From assembly GCF_000008625.1 (NCBI RefSeq), contig NC_000918.1, positions 990,001 to 1,022,000 of the forward strand: 32,000 bases of DNA. Reading direction: 5' to 3'. Below are positions 1-8,516 of the stretch, in pieces (the stretch's first letter is position 1; every line of letters begins with the position of its first letter). The position numbers and the translations under genes are program-made. Under the pieces are notes generated by a model, which saw only the letters and a list, made by a program, of their open reading frames with translations, was not told the DNA's origin and made no database searches. This DNA is from Aquifex aeolicus VF5 (GTDB lineage Bacteria; Aquificota; Aquificia; Aquificales; Aquificaceae).

Positions 1-717
1 GAAATAGGAAAGGAAGTGCTCGGCGTGGTTTTAATCGCTTGGGGAGCTATATTTCTTTCCATTTTATTTGCCTTTCTCTTCGGAAAATTCTTAAAACTTG
101 AAGAAAAAACTCTGAGGGCTTTTTTACTTGTTTCTTCGTTCGGAAATACAGCCTTTATGGGATATCCCTTTTTGTACGCTCTGGAAGGGAATGAAGGTTT
201 GAAGTACGCCATTTTATACGACCAATTAGGTTCATTCTTAATGGTAATTACCTTAGGACTGTTTTTAGCGATAGGCAAATTTGATCTCAAGGAATTAATT
301 CTTTTTCCGCCTTTTATAGCTTTAGTATTGTCTTTTTTACTTCACGGGGTTCGTTTTCCGCAGTTTTTTGAGCATTCCGTGGAAATAATTTCCGGTTCGC
401 TTATCCCGGTTATACTCTTTTCTCTGGGACTTCGTTTAAATTTCACAGATATGAAGTCGGATTACAGAACACTTTTTTCCGCACTCTTTATAAAAATGTT
501 CTTAGTTCCTCTGTTAATTTTAGTTTTTTTAAAAATTTTTGGACTCACTTCCTTGCCATATAGAGTGGCTTTAATCGAAAGTGCTATGCCCCCGATGGTA
601 TTTGCTGGCGTACTCGCTTTAAAATACGAACTGGACTTCAGACTTGCTTTTTCCGCAATAACACTGGGTATTGTCATCAGTTTATTTACAGTTCCTGTGT
701 TTAGGATCTTACTCTAA
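1..717 (+). CDS. AEC-family (auxin-efflux-carrier-like) membrane transporter, 5' end cut by the window edge
   Basis: The frame is open from base 1, with no stop before the GTG at 16. The protein is polytopic and hydrophobic, with SSFGNTAFMGYP and AMPPMVF segments typical of the AEC fold. About 233 aa of an expected ~300 aa are present. Confidence 0.65.
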   Translation, partial: EIGKEVLGVVLIAWGAIFLSILFAFLFGKFLKLEEKTLRAFLLVSSFGNTAFMGYPFLYALEGNEGLKYAILYDQLGSFLMVITLGLFLAIGKFDLKELILFPPFIALVLSFLLHGVRFPQFFEHSVEIISGSLIPVILFSLGLRLNFTDMKSDYRTLFSALFIKMFLVPLLILVFLKIFGLTSLPYRVALIESAMPPMVFAGVLALKYELDFRLAFSAITLGIVISLFTVPVFRILL

Positions 718-2455
718 TCTTTCTTTGCATTCTGTACATTTCTATAATTTCCTGTTCGGTGGTTGCGTCTTCCGGTCTTTTGTCGAACCTGTACCTTCCG
801 GTAAACCTCGGAAATCTCAGCCCAATTCCCCTGTTCGGAGAGACTTTTCCCCACCCGCACGTGTGAACAGGACTCAAAGTAAGTTCAGCTCCCGTTATTT
901 CAAGAACCAGATAGGGTTCAAACCACATGTCCGCTTCGAGAATTGAATTTACCCTCGGGTGTCTGTGGTTCAGTTTCCTCGGCATGAGTATCTCTTCAAG
1001 TTTCTTGAAGTCGTCTTCGGTAAATCCCGTTCCCACTTTAGTCACTGTTTTAAACATGTCACTTTCAGGGTCGTAGCACGCCATCAAGAGAGAACCGAAC
1101 GTTCCCTTCCTCTGTCCTTTTCCGTAAAAACCGCCCACGACCACAAGGTCAAGCGTGTCCGCAAGTACCGACTTGTAGTCTCTCTTGTACTTAATCCAGA
1201 GAAAGCCTCTCTTTCCCGCCTGGTATATGGAGTTGGGAGCAAGCGACTTACAAACTAGCCCCTCACATCCCTCTTCTATTGCCTGATAAAAGAAGTTTTC
1301 AAGATCCTCCACGTTGTCCACTATCTTTCTAGGAACGAGGCCTATACGGTCCGTCCTCTTTACGACTTTTTCTAAGATTTCCCTCCTCTCGGGGTAGGGC
1401 TTCAGGGTTAGGTCCTCACCGTCAAGGTATATGATGTCAAAGAGAAAGCCTGCAACGGGGTATTTCGTGATGTGGTACTTCGTTACGTACTTTACTTTTC
1501 TATGCATAAGTTCCTGAAAGGGTCTTATCTCACCACTTGCGGGGTCTATAACAACCGCTTCCAGTTCAACTATAAAGTCGTGGGGTATTGCTTCTTTTAA
1601 AAACTCTATAAGATCCGGGTACTGGTGAGTTATATTCTCAAGTCTCCTTGAAAAGAGATAAAACTCATCTCCCTTTCTGTGGGCTTGAATTCTCTCCCCG
1701 TCGTACTTGTACTCCGCTCCGCACTTTCCCCCGAGCTTTCTGAGGATGAGTATGGGACTGCTCATACGTTCTGCGAGCATGGGTCTTACGGGTCTTCCCA
1801 CCTGTATCTTTACCTGTTTTACCCCTTCCAGTCCTTTCTCCGCGAGGATTTTTGCCACGTAGCCGAGATCAGAAGTCAAGTTGTAGGCCCTCTCCACCAC
1901 TTCCCTGTTTACAGAACTTCCCGTAAAGGCTATGGAAAGAGCCTCCAGTATGGTGTTGTCCCCTATTCCGAGTCTCAGCCTTTCCGTTATCGTTCTCAAA
2001 AGGTACTTAGCTTCAAGAGGGGTTGCCTTTTTCAAAAGAGATGCGAATATGCTTATCTTTCTCTCCTGCGAGCCTATGCCTACGGCTTTTGCTATGTTTA
2101 AGAGTCCGTTGTAAACCTCTTCTACGGTTAGCGTCCCTTCGGGTTTAAAGCCAAGCTCTTCGTAAAGTTTCCTTCCAGCCTCTCCCAGATCTCCCTCTTG
2201 CCTAACTCTCTTTTCTATTTCCAGGGCGGGTATTTTGAGGACTCTGGAAAGAGCCCTTATGGCAAGCTTTTCACCGAAGTTGTAGTCAAGTCCCGTGTAC
2301 TCGGGAGCTATCTTACCTATTGATAGGTAAACGACTTTGTCTATTAATTCTTTAGGAGTTTGTTTGAAGAGCTCCACGAGGGAGCTCACCATTTCGATCC
2401 TGCTCGTTGTCTTCTCTATCCTCTCGTAAAACTCAGCCAGTATTCTGTATTCCAT
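701..2455 (-). CDS. lig: ATP-dependent DNA ligase, three-domain archaeal/eukaryal type
   Basis: Adenylation motif I is KYDGERIQ. The N-terminus [19 protein letters not shown] is archaeal-ligase-like, and an OB-fold C-terminal region is present. The likely start is the ATG at 2455; the track start at 2458 is a GTG one codon upstream. The 3' end overlaps the AEC gene convergently by 17 nt. Confidence 0.9.
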   Translation of the reverse strand: MEYRILAEFYERIEKTTSRIEMVSSLVELFKQTPKELIDKVVYLSIGKIAPEYTGLDYNFGEKLAIRALSRVLKIPALEIEKRVRQEGDLGEAGRKLYEELGFKPEGTLTVEEVYNGLLNIAKAVGIGSQERKISIFASLLKKATPLEAKYLLRTITERLRLGIGDNTILEALSIAFTGSSVNREVVERAYNLTSDLGYVAKILAEKGLEGVKQVKIQVGRPVRPMLAERMSSPILILRKLGGKCGAEYKYDGERIQAHRKGDEFYLFSRRLENITHQYPDLIEFLKEAIPHDFIVELEAVVIDPASGEIRPFQELMHRKVKYVTKYHITKYPVAGFLFDIIYLDGEDLTLKPYPERREILEKVVKRTDRIGLVPRKIVDNVEDLENFFYQAIEEGCEGLVCKSLAPNSIYQAGKRGFLWIKYKRDYKSVLADTLDLVVVGGFYGKGQRKGTFGSLLMACYDPESDMFKTVTKVGTGFTEDDFKKLEEILMPRKLNHRHPRVNSILEADMWFEPYLVLEITGAELTLSPVHTCGWGKVSPNRGIGLRFPRFTGRYRFDKRPEDATTEQEIIEMYRMQRKIRVRS

Positions 2456-2961
2456 CACTTGCTTGCAAGTTTTTCCTTAGCGTAAGCCATGAGCCCGCCT
2501 GCTTTGAGTATGTCCTGAAGCTCTTTGGGGAACTTGGTCGCCTGATACTCCTTTCCAGTTCTCAGGTTCTTAATTACTCCCTTTTCGAGGTCAACTTCTA
2601 TCTCGTCTCCGTGTTCAATTTCGTCTACTGCTTCCGGAGCTTCCACTATAGGGAGACCTATGTTTATGGCATTTCTGAAGAAAATTCTTGCAAAGGACTT
2701 TGCTATTACCACGGGTACGCCGGAATACTTTATGGCGATGGGGGCGTGTTCCCTGGAAGAACCAGAACCGAAGTTTTTGCCCGCTACTATAATGTCTCCT
2801 TCTTTGTGCTCTTTGGCAAACTCGGGATGTTCGCTGTCTTCCATGACGTGCTTTGCGAGCTCATACGGATCTGATGTATTCAAGTACCTTGCGGGAATTA
2901 TTTGGTCCGTATCTACGTTGTCTCCGAACTTCCAAACCCTTCCTCTAAACTTCATTTGCAT
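2455..2961 (-). CDS. leuD: 3-isopropylmalate dehydratase small subunit
   Basis: Motifs [15 protein letters not shown] and [14 protein letters not shown] are present. The real start is the ATG at 2961 (MQMKFRG) or at 2955. The upstream ORF extension to 3114 is low-complexity and runs through the AT-rich intergenic region. The TGA stop (2455-2457) shares one base with the lig ATG. Confidence 0.9.
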   Translation of the reverse strand: MQMKFRGRVWKFGDNVDTDQIIPARYLNTSDPYELAKHVMEDSEHPEFAKEHKEGDIIVAGKNFGSGSSREHAPIAIKYSGVPVVIAKSFARIFFRNAINIGLPIVEAPEAVDEIEHGDEIEVDLEKGVIKNLRTGKEYQATKFPKELQDILKAGGLMAYAKEKLASK

Positions 2962-3013
2962 AATAATTAAATATACCTTACCTAAGCCTAGAATTTTTTT
3001 AATATTTAAAATT

Positions 3014-3538
3014 ATGATTATGAAATTTTTTAGTGAAAAGGCAGAAAAGAAGAAGGGAGGTGTAGAACCAGCTGTAGATGGTGTACTCTTAGAGCCTTCA
3101 AGGGAGAACTTCACCGTATCTTCTTTCCTCGAAGTAATAGCAGACGTAGGAGACGAGGAGGATTTGTACTTCTTTCAAAATAAGGCAGCTGAGAAGATGT
3201 CTTTAAAACTCGCAGAATACGTAAGGGAATTCAGCGGGAAGGAATCAGTCGGACTGTTTATTTCCTTCCTTAACTTCTTTCTGGAGAGAGAAAATCTCGG
3301 AAGTGTGAATTACGTAAAGGTTGACCTTTCGAACAAAAAGTTCGTCGTTGCGATTGAGAACTCTGCCATAGCTCTGGCTTTGAAAAAGAAGTACAAGAAG
3401 AAGGTTTGTAAATTCTACGAAACTCTACTTTCCGAGCTTTTTTCCGATTTGATCGGAGTGGACATAAAGTTTAAAGAGATACAGTGTCTTGCAGAGGAGG
3501 GGCAGCGTGAAAAGATTTGCATTTTTGAAAGTACTTAG
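3014..3538 (+). CDS. Small cytoplasmic protein with a V4R-like C-terminal Cys motif, first gene of the bcsB transcription unit
   Basis: The ATG at 3014 is the first start after the intergenic region; the ORF part from 2660-3013 is antisense to leuD. The C-terminus [41 protein letters not shown] fits the V4R pattern C..F..G...E..C...G...C.F, with a 3-residue longer last spacer. There is no signal peptide. Confidence 0.5.
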   Translation: MIMKFFSEKAEKKKGGVEPAVDGVLLEPSRENFTVSSFLEVIADVGDEEDLYFFQNKAAEKMSLKLAEYVREFSGKESVGLFISFLNFFLERENLGSVNYVKVDLSNKKFVVAIENSAIALALKKKYKKKVCKFYETLLSELFSDLIGVDIKFKEIQCLAEEGQREKICIFEST

Positions 3539-5600
3539 TCTCCTTCTTTTAATTGCCTTGTCCTTTTCCCAGACCACATCTGTAAAACTCTCGGAATTTC
3601 TCGGAAAGAATGTCCTCGATCTTAAGGGAATGGACGCAAGGGGTAAGCTCTCCTTTCCGGTGAACCCGCTCTGGAACGTTGAGAAGATAAAGTTCTACAT
3701 CTATTACAAAGCTTCGCCAGTTTTAAAGTCCGAACGTTCTGAGATCACTTTATTGCTAAACGGAAAAGTAATTACATCCAGACAGATTAAGGACGAGGGG
3801 TTAATAACCGTAGAAATAGAGAATCCTAAACTCTTTGATTTCAATACGCTGACTTTTAAAGCATCACAACACTACTGTATAAATTGCTGTGAAAACGAAA
3901 ACAGTCCTGAACTTTGGACGCAGATAGATCTAAAAAAATCGTATATACAGTTTCAGTACACCAAAAAACCTTTTCCCGAAAACTTAGCCTTTTTAAAGGA
4001 TATTTATCTATCCGAGAGACTGCTCAGTCCTGTGGAAATAGATATTCTGACGGATAAGGGAAGTAACAGACTCCTTACTGCAGGTGCGATATTTTCTGGG
4101 TACCTGGGTGCGAAGATAAAGTACAGAAGAATTTACGTAAATTACACGGAAAATCTCAGGGCAAAGGATACCGTTGTGATAGGTACGCAGGACTTTGTGA
4201 GCAGAGTGATCGGAGAGCGTGTATCGGGAAACATATACGTGACGCAAAACCCGAAGGATAAGAGTAAGTTCCTTTTAGTATTTACGGGAAGGGATGAAAA
4301 GGAAATCCTGAATGCAGTTAGAGCTTTTATACTCACTCCTTCTTCTTACCTCTCGGAGAAGTTCGTTTACGTTAGTGACGTAGTCCTGCCGGAGATAAAA
4401 GCGTACTCGAGTCCCGTTCTCTTGGCTCCGGGAGAGGAGATAACTTTAAGGAAGATAGCCGGAGGCGACGTAGTAGTCAGAGGTTACGCCGGAAGATTCG
4501 ATTTTTCCTTCTTCATTCCACCCGACTTAATGCTGAATCCGAAGGAAAAGTTGAGATTAAAACTCTTTTACAACCACGGATTGCTAGTAAGGGAGGGCTC
4601 AACAATAAACCTTTACATAAACGGAAAGTTCGTTTACTCCATTCCAGTTGATCCTTACGATAAGAGTGATTTAAAAGTAAGGGAAGTTTTAATTCCTACT
4701 AGTGTACTAAATAAAGGTTTTAACGTCCTCACCGTTGAGTCTGCACTCGTACCGAACAAAGAGGACTTCTGTGCAGCTGCGAATTTTGAAAGCCTTAAGG
4801 TTATAATCTACGGAAACTCCCTAATAAGTCTTCCCGACCTCGTCCACTGGACAAAAATGCCCAACCTCGTTTACTTCATCTCAACCGGTTTTCCCTTTAC
4901 GACTTACCCTGACATGAAGGACGCGGCCGTTTTAGTTGAATCCACAGATGGGGAAACACTTTCCTCAATGTTTACCCTTCTTGCCTTCATCGGAACTAAG
5001 ATACAATTTCCCCCTCTCAGACTCAGTGTGTACGTAGATAGACTACCAAATGACGTTGCACAGTCCAAGGATGTAATAGTTTTCTGGAACAGAAATTCCT
5101 TAATAAAGAAACAAATACTGAATTCTCTGGACAGTGTAGTCCTCGTAAAGGGAAAACTCTTTGAAGAAGATCAAAAGGAATTTTCCGTAAATCTCAGGAA
5201 GAGGGATTACGTCTTCACGATGGCTATGAGGGAGTCTCCCTTCAAGCCCAAAAGAACGATACTGGTTTTAAATTCTAAATCTCCCGGTACACTTCACAAG
5301 TTCGTAAAAATGCTTTACGACCCCGTAGTCCTATCTAAGATAAAGGGTGATACGGTATTTTACGACGAAAAAACAGACACAATCCTTTCCTCCTCTTCGG
5401 GACAGGTTTACTACATAGGGCACATGCCCGTATACAAGAAGGTATACTACGAAATAGGCTACAACCTTAAGTACCTGGTAGGACTGCTCTTAATATCACT
5501 CCTCGTACTCGCCTTTGCGACGAAGAAGCTCCTGGACTACAGGGCAAAGAAGAGACATCAGCAGGAAGAAAAGGAGGGTAAGGAGGAAGAGAAAAAGTGA
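3507..5600 (+). CDS. bcsB: Cellulose synthase periplasmic subunit BcsB-like
   Basis: The GTG at 3507 is preceded by GGAGGGG (3496-3502). It has the signal peptide [21 protein letters not shown] and a large two-module periplasmic body (LLLNGKVI / INLYINGKFVY). A single C-terminal TM anchor (LVGLLLISLLVLAFA) is followed by a K/E-rich tail. It lies next to GH8 bcsZ. Confidence 0.7.
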   Translation: MKRFAFLKVLSLLLLIALSFSQTTSVKLSEFLGKNVLDLKGMDARGKLSFPVNPLWNVEKIKFYIYYKASPVLKSERSEITLLLNGKVITSRQIKDEGLITVEIENPKLFDFNTLTFKASQHYCINCCENENSPELWTQIDLKKSYIQFQYTKKPFPENLAFLKDIYLSERLLSPVEIDILTDKGSNRLLTAGAIFSGYLGAKIKYRRIYVNYTENLRAKDTVVIGTQDFVSRVIGERVSGNIYVTQNPKDKSKFLLVFTGRDEKEILNAVRAFILTPSSYLSEKFVYVSDVVLPEIKAYSSPVLLAPGEEITLRKIAGGDVVVRGYAGRFDFSFFIPPDLMLNPKEKLRLKLFYNHGLLVREGSTINLYINGKFVYSIPVDPYDKSDLKVREVLIPTSVLNKGFNVLTVESALVPNKEDFCAAANFESLKVIIYGNSLISLPDLVHWTKMPNLVYFISTGFPFTTYPDMKDAAVLVESTDGETLSSMFTLLAFIGTKIQFPPLRLSVYVDRLPNDVAQSKDVIVFWNRNSLIKKQILNSLDSVVLVKGKLFEEDQKEFSVNLRKRDYVFTMAMRESPFKPKRTILVLNSKSPGTLHKFVKMLYDPVVLSKIKGDTVFYDEKTDTILSSSSGQVYYIGHMPVYKKVYYEIGYNLKYLVGLLLISLLVLAFATKKLLDYRAKKRHQQEEKEGKEEEKK

Positions 5601-6574
5601 AGTTCTTTACTGTTCTTTTGTTTTTCCTTTCATTCGTTTTTTCGGCGAGTATTGACGTGTGGAAATTGTGGGAACATTATAAAAAGACCTTTATAAGTAA
5701 AGAGGGGTACGTGGTAGATCCTTACAACAATTACAGGGTTACTTCGGAAGCTCAAGGCTATACACTTCTCATATCCGCCCTCATAGGGGATAAGGAAACC
5801 TTCTACAGGGTATGGAACTGGACAAAGGAAAATCTCAAAAGGAAGGATAATTTATTCTCCTGGCTCTGGATAAACGGACACGTAGTTGACAGAAACAACG
5901 CAACGGACGCCGACCTGTTCATAGCTTACGCTCTGCTAATCGCTTCTCAAAAGTGGAAGGATTATACGCTCCTGAGCGAGGCAAAGAGGATAAAGGATTC
6001 CGTCAAGGAACTCGTTGTGCCCGTGTGCAACGGAAGAAGGGATTACCTTTTTATACCCGCAAAGGAAGGTTACATTAAAAACAATATAGTGAGTTTAAAC
6101 GTAGTCTACTACGTCCCATTCATCTTCAGAAAGTTCTACGAATCTTTCGGAGAGGACGTGTGGAAAAACCTCTATAGGTACACCTACGACATTTATACGA
6201 TTAGGAATATATCAACGCACCTTACATACGACCTATTCAAAAAGGAATTGAGAAAGGGGAATTTTATAGACATAGACGGCATGCGTTTCCTGATATACGC
6301 TTACGTGGACGACAAAAGGAGTCTCCTTTACATGAGGAACGCAGTAGAGGGTATTCTGAAGTTTTACAGAGAAAAGGGTTACATTCCTTTGAAGTATAAT
6401 TACGTAACCGGTGGAGCAAGCAAGTTAAAAGCTCCCTTTTGTTTTTACTACGTATTCAGTAAGCTCCTTCCTTCCGATAAAAACTTAGAAAAGGAGTTCA
6501 GAAATGGGCTTGAGTACGACAAGAAGAATTACTACTGTTACGCTCTGCTTCTTATTGCTCTCCTACACGATTAG
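5597..6574 (+). CDS. bcsZ: Glycoside hydrolase family 8 endoglucanase
   Basis: ATDADLFIAYALLIASQKW (5900-5956) matches the GH8 active-site signature A-[ST]-D-[AG]-D-x2-[IM]-A-x-[SA]-[LIVM]-[LIVMG]-x-A-x3-[FW]. SEAQGYTLL is also present, along with a signal peptide. The GTG start overlaps the bcsB TGA (GTGA). Confidence 0.9.
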   Translation: MKFFTVLLFFLSFVFSASIDVWKLWEHYKKTFISKEGYVVDPYNNYRVTSEAQGYTLLISALIGDKETFYRVWNWTKENLKRKDNLFSWLWINGHVVDRNNATDADLFIAYALLIASQKWKDYTLLSEAKRIKDSVKELVVPVCNGRRDYLFIPAKEGYIKNNIVSLNVVYYVPFIFRKFYESFGEDVWKNLYRYTYDIYTIRNISTHLTYDLFKKELRKGNFIDIDGMRFLIYAYVDDKRSLLYMRNAVEGILKFYREKGYIPLKYNYVTGGASKLKAPFCFYYVFSKLLPSDKNLEKEFRNGLEYDKKNYYCYALLLIALLHD

Positions 6575-8516
6575 CTTCGCAGTGTACTACGTTAAAGTTC
6601 TGGAAACTACCGATAAAGCGAAGGCGGACGCAGTGCTCTACGAACTGGTAAACAGCGGTATAGACAACTGCAATGTAAAAAAAGCACAGAATTACGTGGT
6701 GTTTTGCGGTCCTTACTCCTCGCTCGATGAAGCGAGAACTGTATCTTCAAAAATCAACAAACTCGGTTACTTTACGGTTATAACGGAAAGAATTAAAAAG
6801 GAAACTAAAAAAAGTGTAAGAAAGACTGTTGAAAAAACTAAAACTACCGTAAAAAAAAGAGGACGGGTAAGGGAGGCCTTTTTAGGCCTAAAAGTTAAAG
6901 AGATGTACGACTACTTGAACGCAAACAAGTTAGTGGAAGCCCAGACACTCGCGTACAGCCTCCTGAATACGGAATTCAGAAACGAAGCTATATTTGTACT
7001 TGCACTTATAAACATGAAGAAAGGAAATCACGAAAAAGCCTGTGAACTTTTCTCAAAACTTCCCGATAAATTCAAACCCAATCTGGAAGAATTAAGGTCT
7101 ATATCCTGCCTGTACGCGGAGAAAATAAAAGAAAAACCAGAAGTAAAGAAGGAGGAAAAAACGGTTTACAGAGCTGATTTAACACAAGCCGGGAAATTGC
7201 TCGCACAGGGAAATCCAGAAGAGGCCATCGAACTTGCCAAAAAAGTTCTTCTCTCCGACCCAACAAACGTGGAAGCCATGCTCATTATAGGGGACGCCTA
7301 CATGGAACTGGGCGATTACTCTAACGCCTACTCCTATTACAAAATGGCACTGGGTTTTGACAAGGAAAACTTAAGAGCCATTAAAGGTTTGATGTACGCT
7401 TCACTGGCGTTAAAGAGATACGAGGAAGCCTACAATTACGCAAGGGAACTGGGGAGGTTGGGTGTTGAAAACGGAGACATAGAGAGGGTAAAAGCCCTGT
7501 ACCTTGCAAAGAAAGCGGAAGATTTTGTTAAGAGAAAGGAGTACGACAAAGCCTATATTTACCTGAAGGAGGCGGAGAAACTCGCTCCCGATGATCCTTA
7601 CGTGCTTTTACTCCTCGGGGATATTTACTTCGGCAGGGGAGATTACACACAGGCGTACAAGTACTACGTGGAGGCTTACAAAAGAAAAAGGGATTTTGAC
7701 TTTCTTTTGAAGATTCTTTACGCACTTGCTAACTTGAACAACTACGATCTTATAAACACTTACCTCTCCCAGATAGACGTGTCGGAACTGAATGAAGCTC
7801 AGAGGAGGAAGTTAAAGAACTTTTACAAGGTACTTTACGTAAAGGCATCATCTTACTACCTGAGTCAGAAGGACTACGAAAAGGCTTACAGGATAGCGAA
7901 AGAAGGATTGATTCTTTTTCCAAAGAATAGAACGCTGCTCAAAAATTTGGCATGGAGTTGCTTGAATTTAGAGGATTACAAGTGTGCTGAAGAGAACTTT
8001 AAGAAAGCGTTAAGTCTTTACGAGAATGATTACGACGCATTGTACGGTCTTGCTTTAACGTACGCGAGGGAAGGAAAGGAAGGCGAAGTAAACAAAATTG
8101 TGAAAAAGCTTGAAAAGAAGAGAGACAAGGAAACCTACATGAAGATAGCGGATATATACGTGATCCTGGGAGATTACGACAGGGCAGAGTACTACCTGAA
8201 TCAGGCTAAGAAATTGAGCAGGGCTAAGCCGGTAAAGATTAAGAGGGTCAAAATTCGCCCACGTGAAGAAAAATTAAGAGAGGAAAGAGTAGAAAGCACG
8301 ATCTTTTACAACCCGTTTATTAAAGGCTACGAAGGAGAAGAGAAGGAAACAGAAAAGGAAAAGGAGGAAAAACTTTACCCTTTTGAGCTTGAAGAGAAGA
8401 GGATTTCGGAGCTTGAAGAGAAGATAAAGGAGGCGAAGAAAAAGGAAAACACGGACTTTATAGAGTCGGGTATACAGTTCAGTCAAAATCGGGAAGAAAA
8501 GGTATGGACAAGTTAA
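6504..8516 (+). CDS. Exported SPOR-domain plus TPR-repeat protein, equivalent to the BcsC N-terminal TPR part
   Basis: AAGGAG lies 7 nt before the ATG at 6504. The signal peptide is ITTVTLCFLLLSYTISFA. A SPOR-like beta-alpha-beta-beta-alpha-beta segment lies at 6582-6792. Many TPR units follow (for example GDYSNAYSYYKMAL, GDYTQAYKYYVEAY), then a K/E-rich linker. Confidence 0.75.
   Translation: MGLSTTRRITTVTLCFLLLSYTISFAVYYVKVLETTDKAKADAVLYELVNSGIDNCNVKKAQNYVVFCGPYSSLDEARTVSSKINKLGYFTVITERIKKETKKSVRKTVEKTKTTVKKRGRVREAFLGLKVKEMYDYLNANKLVEAQTLAYSLLNTEFRNEAIFVLALINMKKGNHEKACELFSKLPDKFKPNLEELRSISCLYAEKIKEKPEVKKEEKTVYRADLTQAGKLLAQGNPEEAIELAKKVLLSDPTNVEAMLIIGDAYMELGDYSNAYSYYKMALGFDKENLRAIKGLMYASLALKRYEEAYNYARELGRLGVENGDIERVKALYLAKKAEDFVKRKEYDKAYIYLKEAEKLAPDDPYVLLLLGDIYFGRGDYTQAYKYYVEAYKRKRDFDFLLKILYALANLNNYDLINTYLSQIDVSELNEAQRRKLKNFYKVLYVKASSYYLSQKDYEKAYRIAKEGLILFPKNRTLLKNLAWSCLNLEDYKCAEENFKKALSLYENDYDALYGLALTYAREGKEGEVNKIVKKLEKKRDKETYMKIADIYVILGDYDRAEYYLNQAKKLSRAKPVKIKRVKIRPREEKLREERVESTIFYNPFIKGYEGEEKETEKEKEEKLYPFELEEKRISELEEKIKEAKKKENTDFIESGIQFSQNREEKVWTS

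Noticed and set aside
671-2101. Plus-strand ORFs (91, 99 and 140 aa) opposite the DNA ligase
   Set aside because: These are antisense shadow ORFs with an implausible composition (R/S/F/V-rich) and no start signals. The ligase reading is motif-supported.
2660-3114. Extensions of the leuD ORF (to 3114) and of the V4R-like ORF (back to 2660)
   Set aside because: Each extension is antisense to the other gene or crosses the AT-rich spacer. The internal ATGs at 2961 and 3014 give proteins of normal length.
8270-8460. Repetitive GAA/AAG/GAG-rich stretch that looked like a tandem repeat
   Set aside because: It is a low-complexity K/E-rich coding linker (EEKETEKEKEEK…ELEEKRISELEEKIKEAKKKE) with no regular unit length or spacers. 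It is not a CRISPR array or a microsatellite array.
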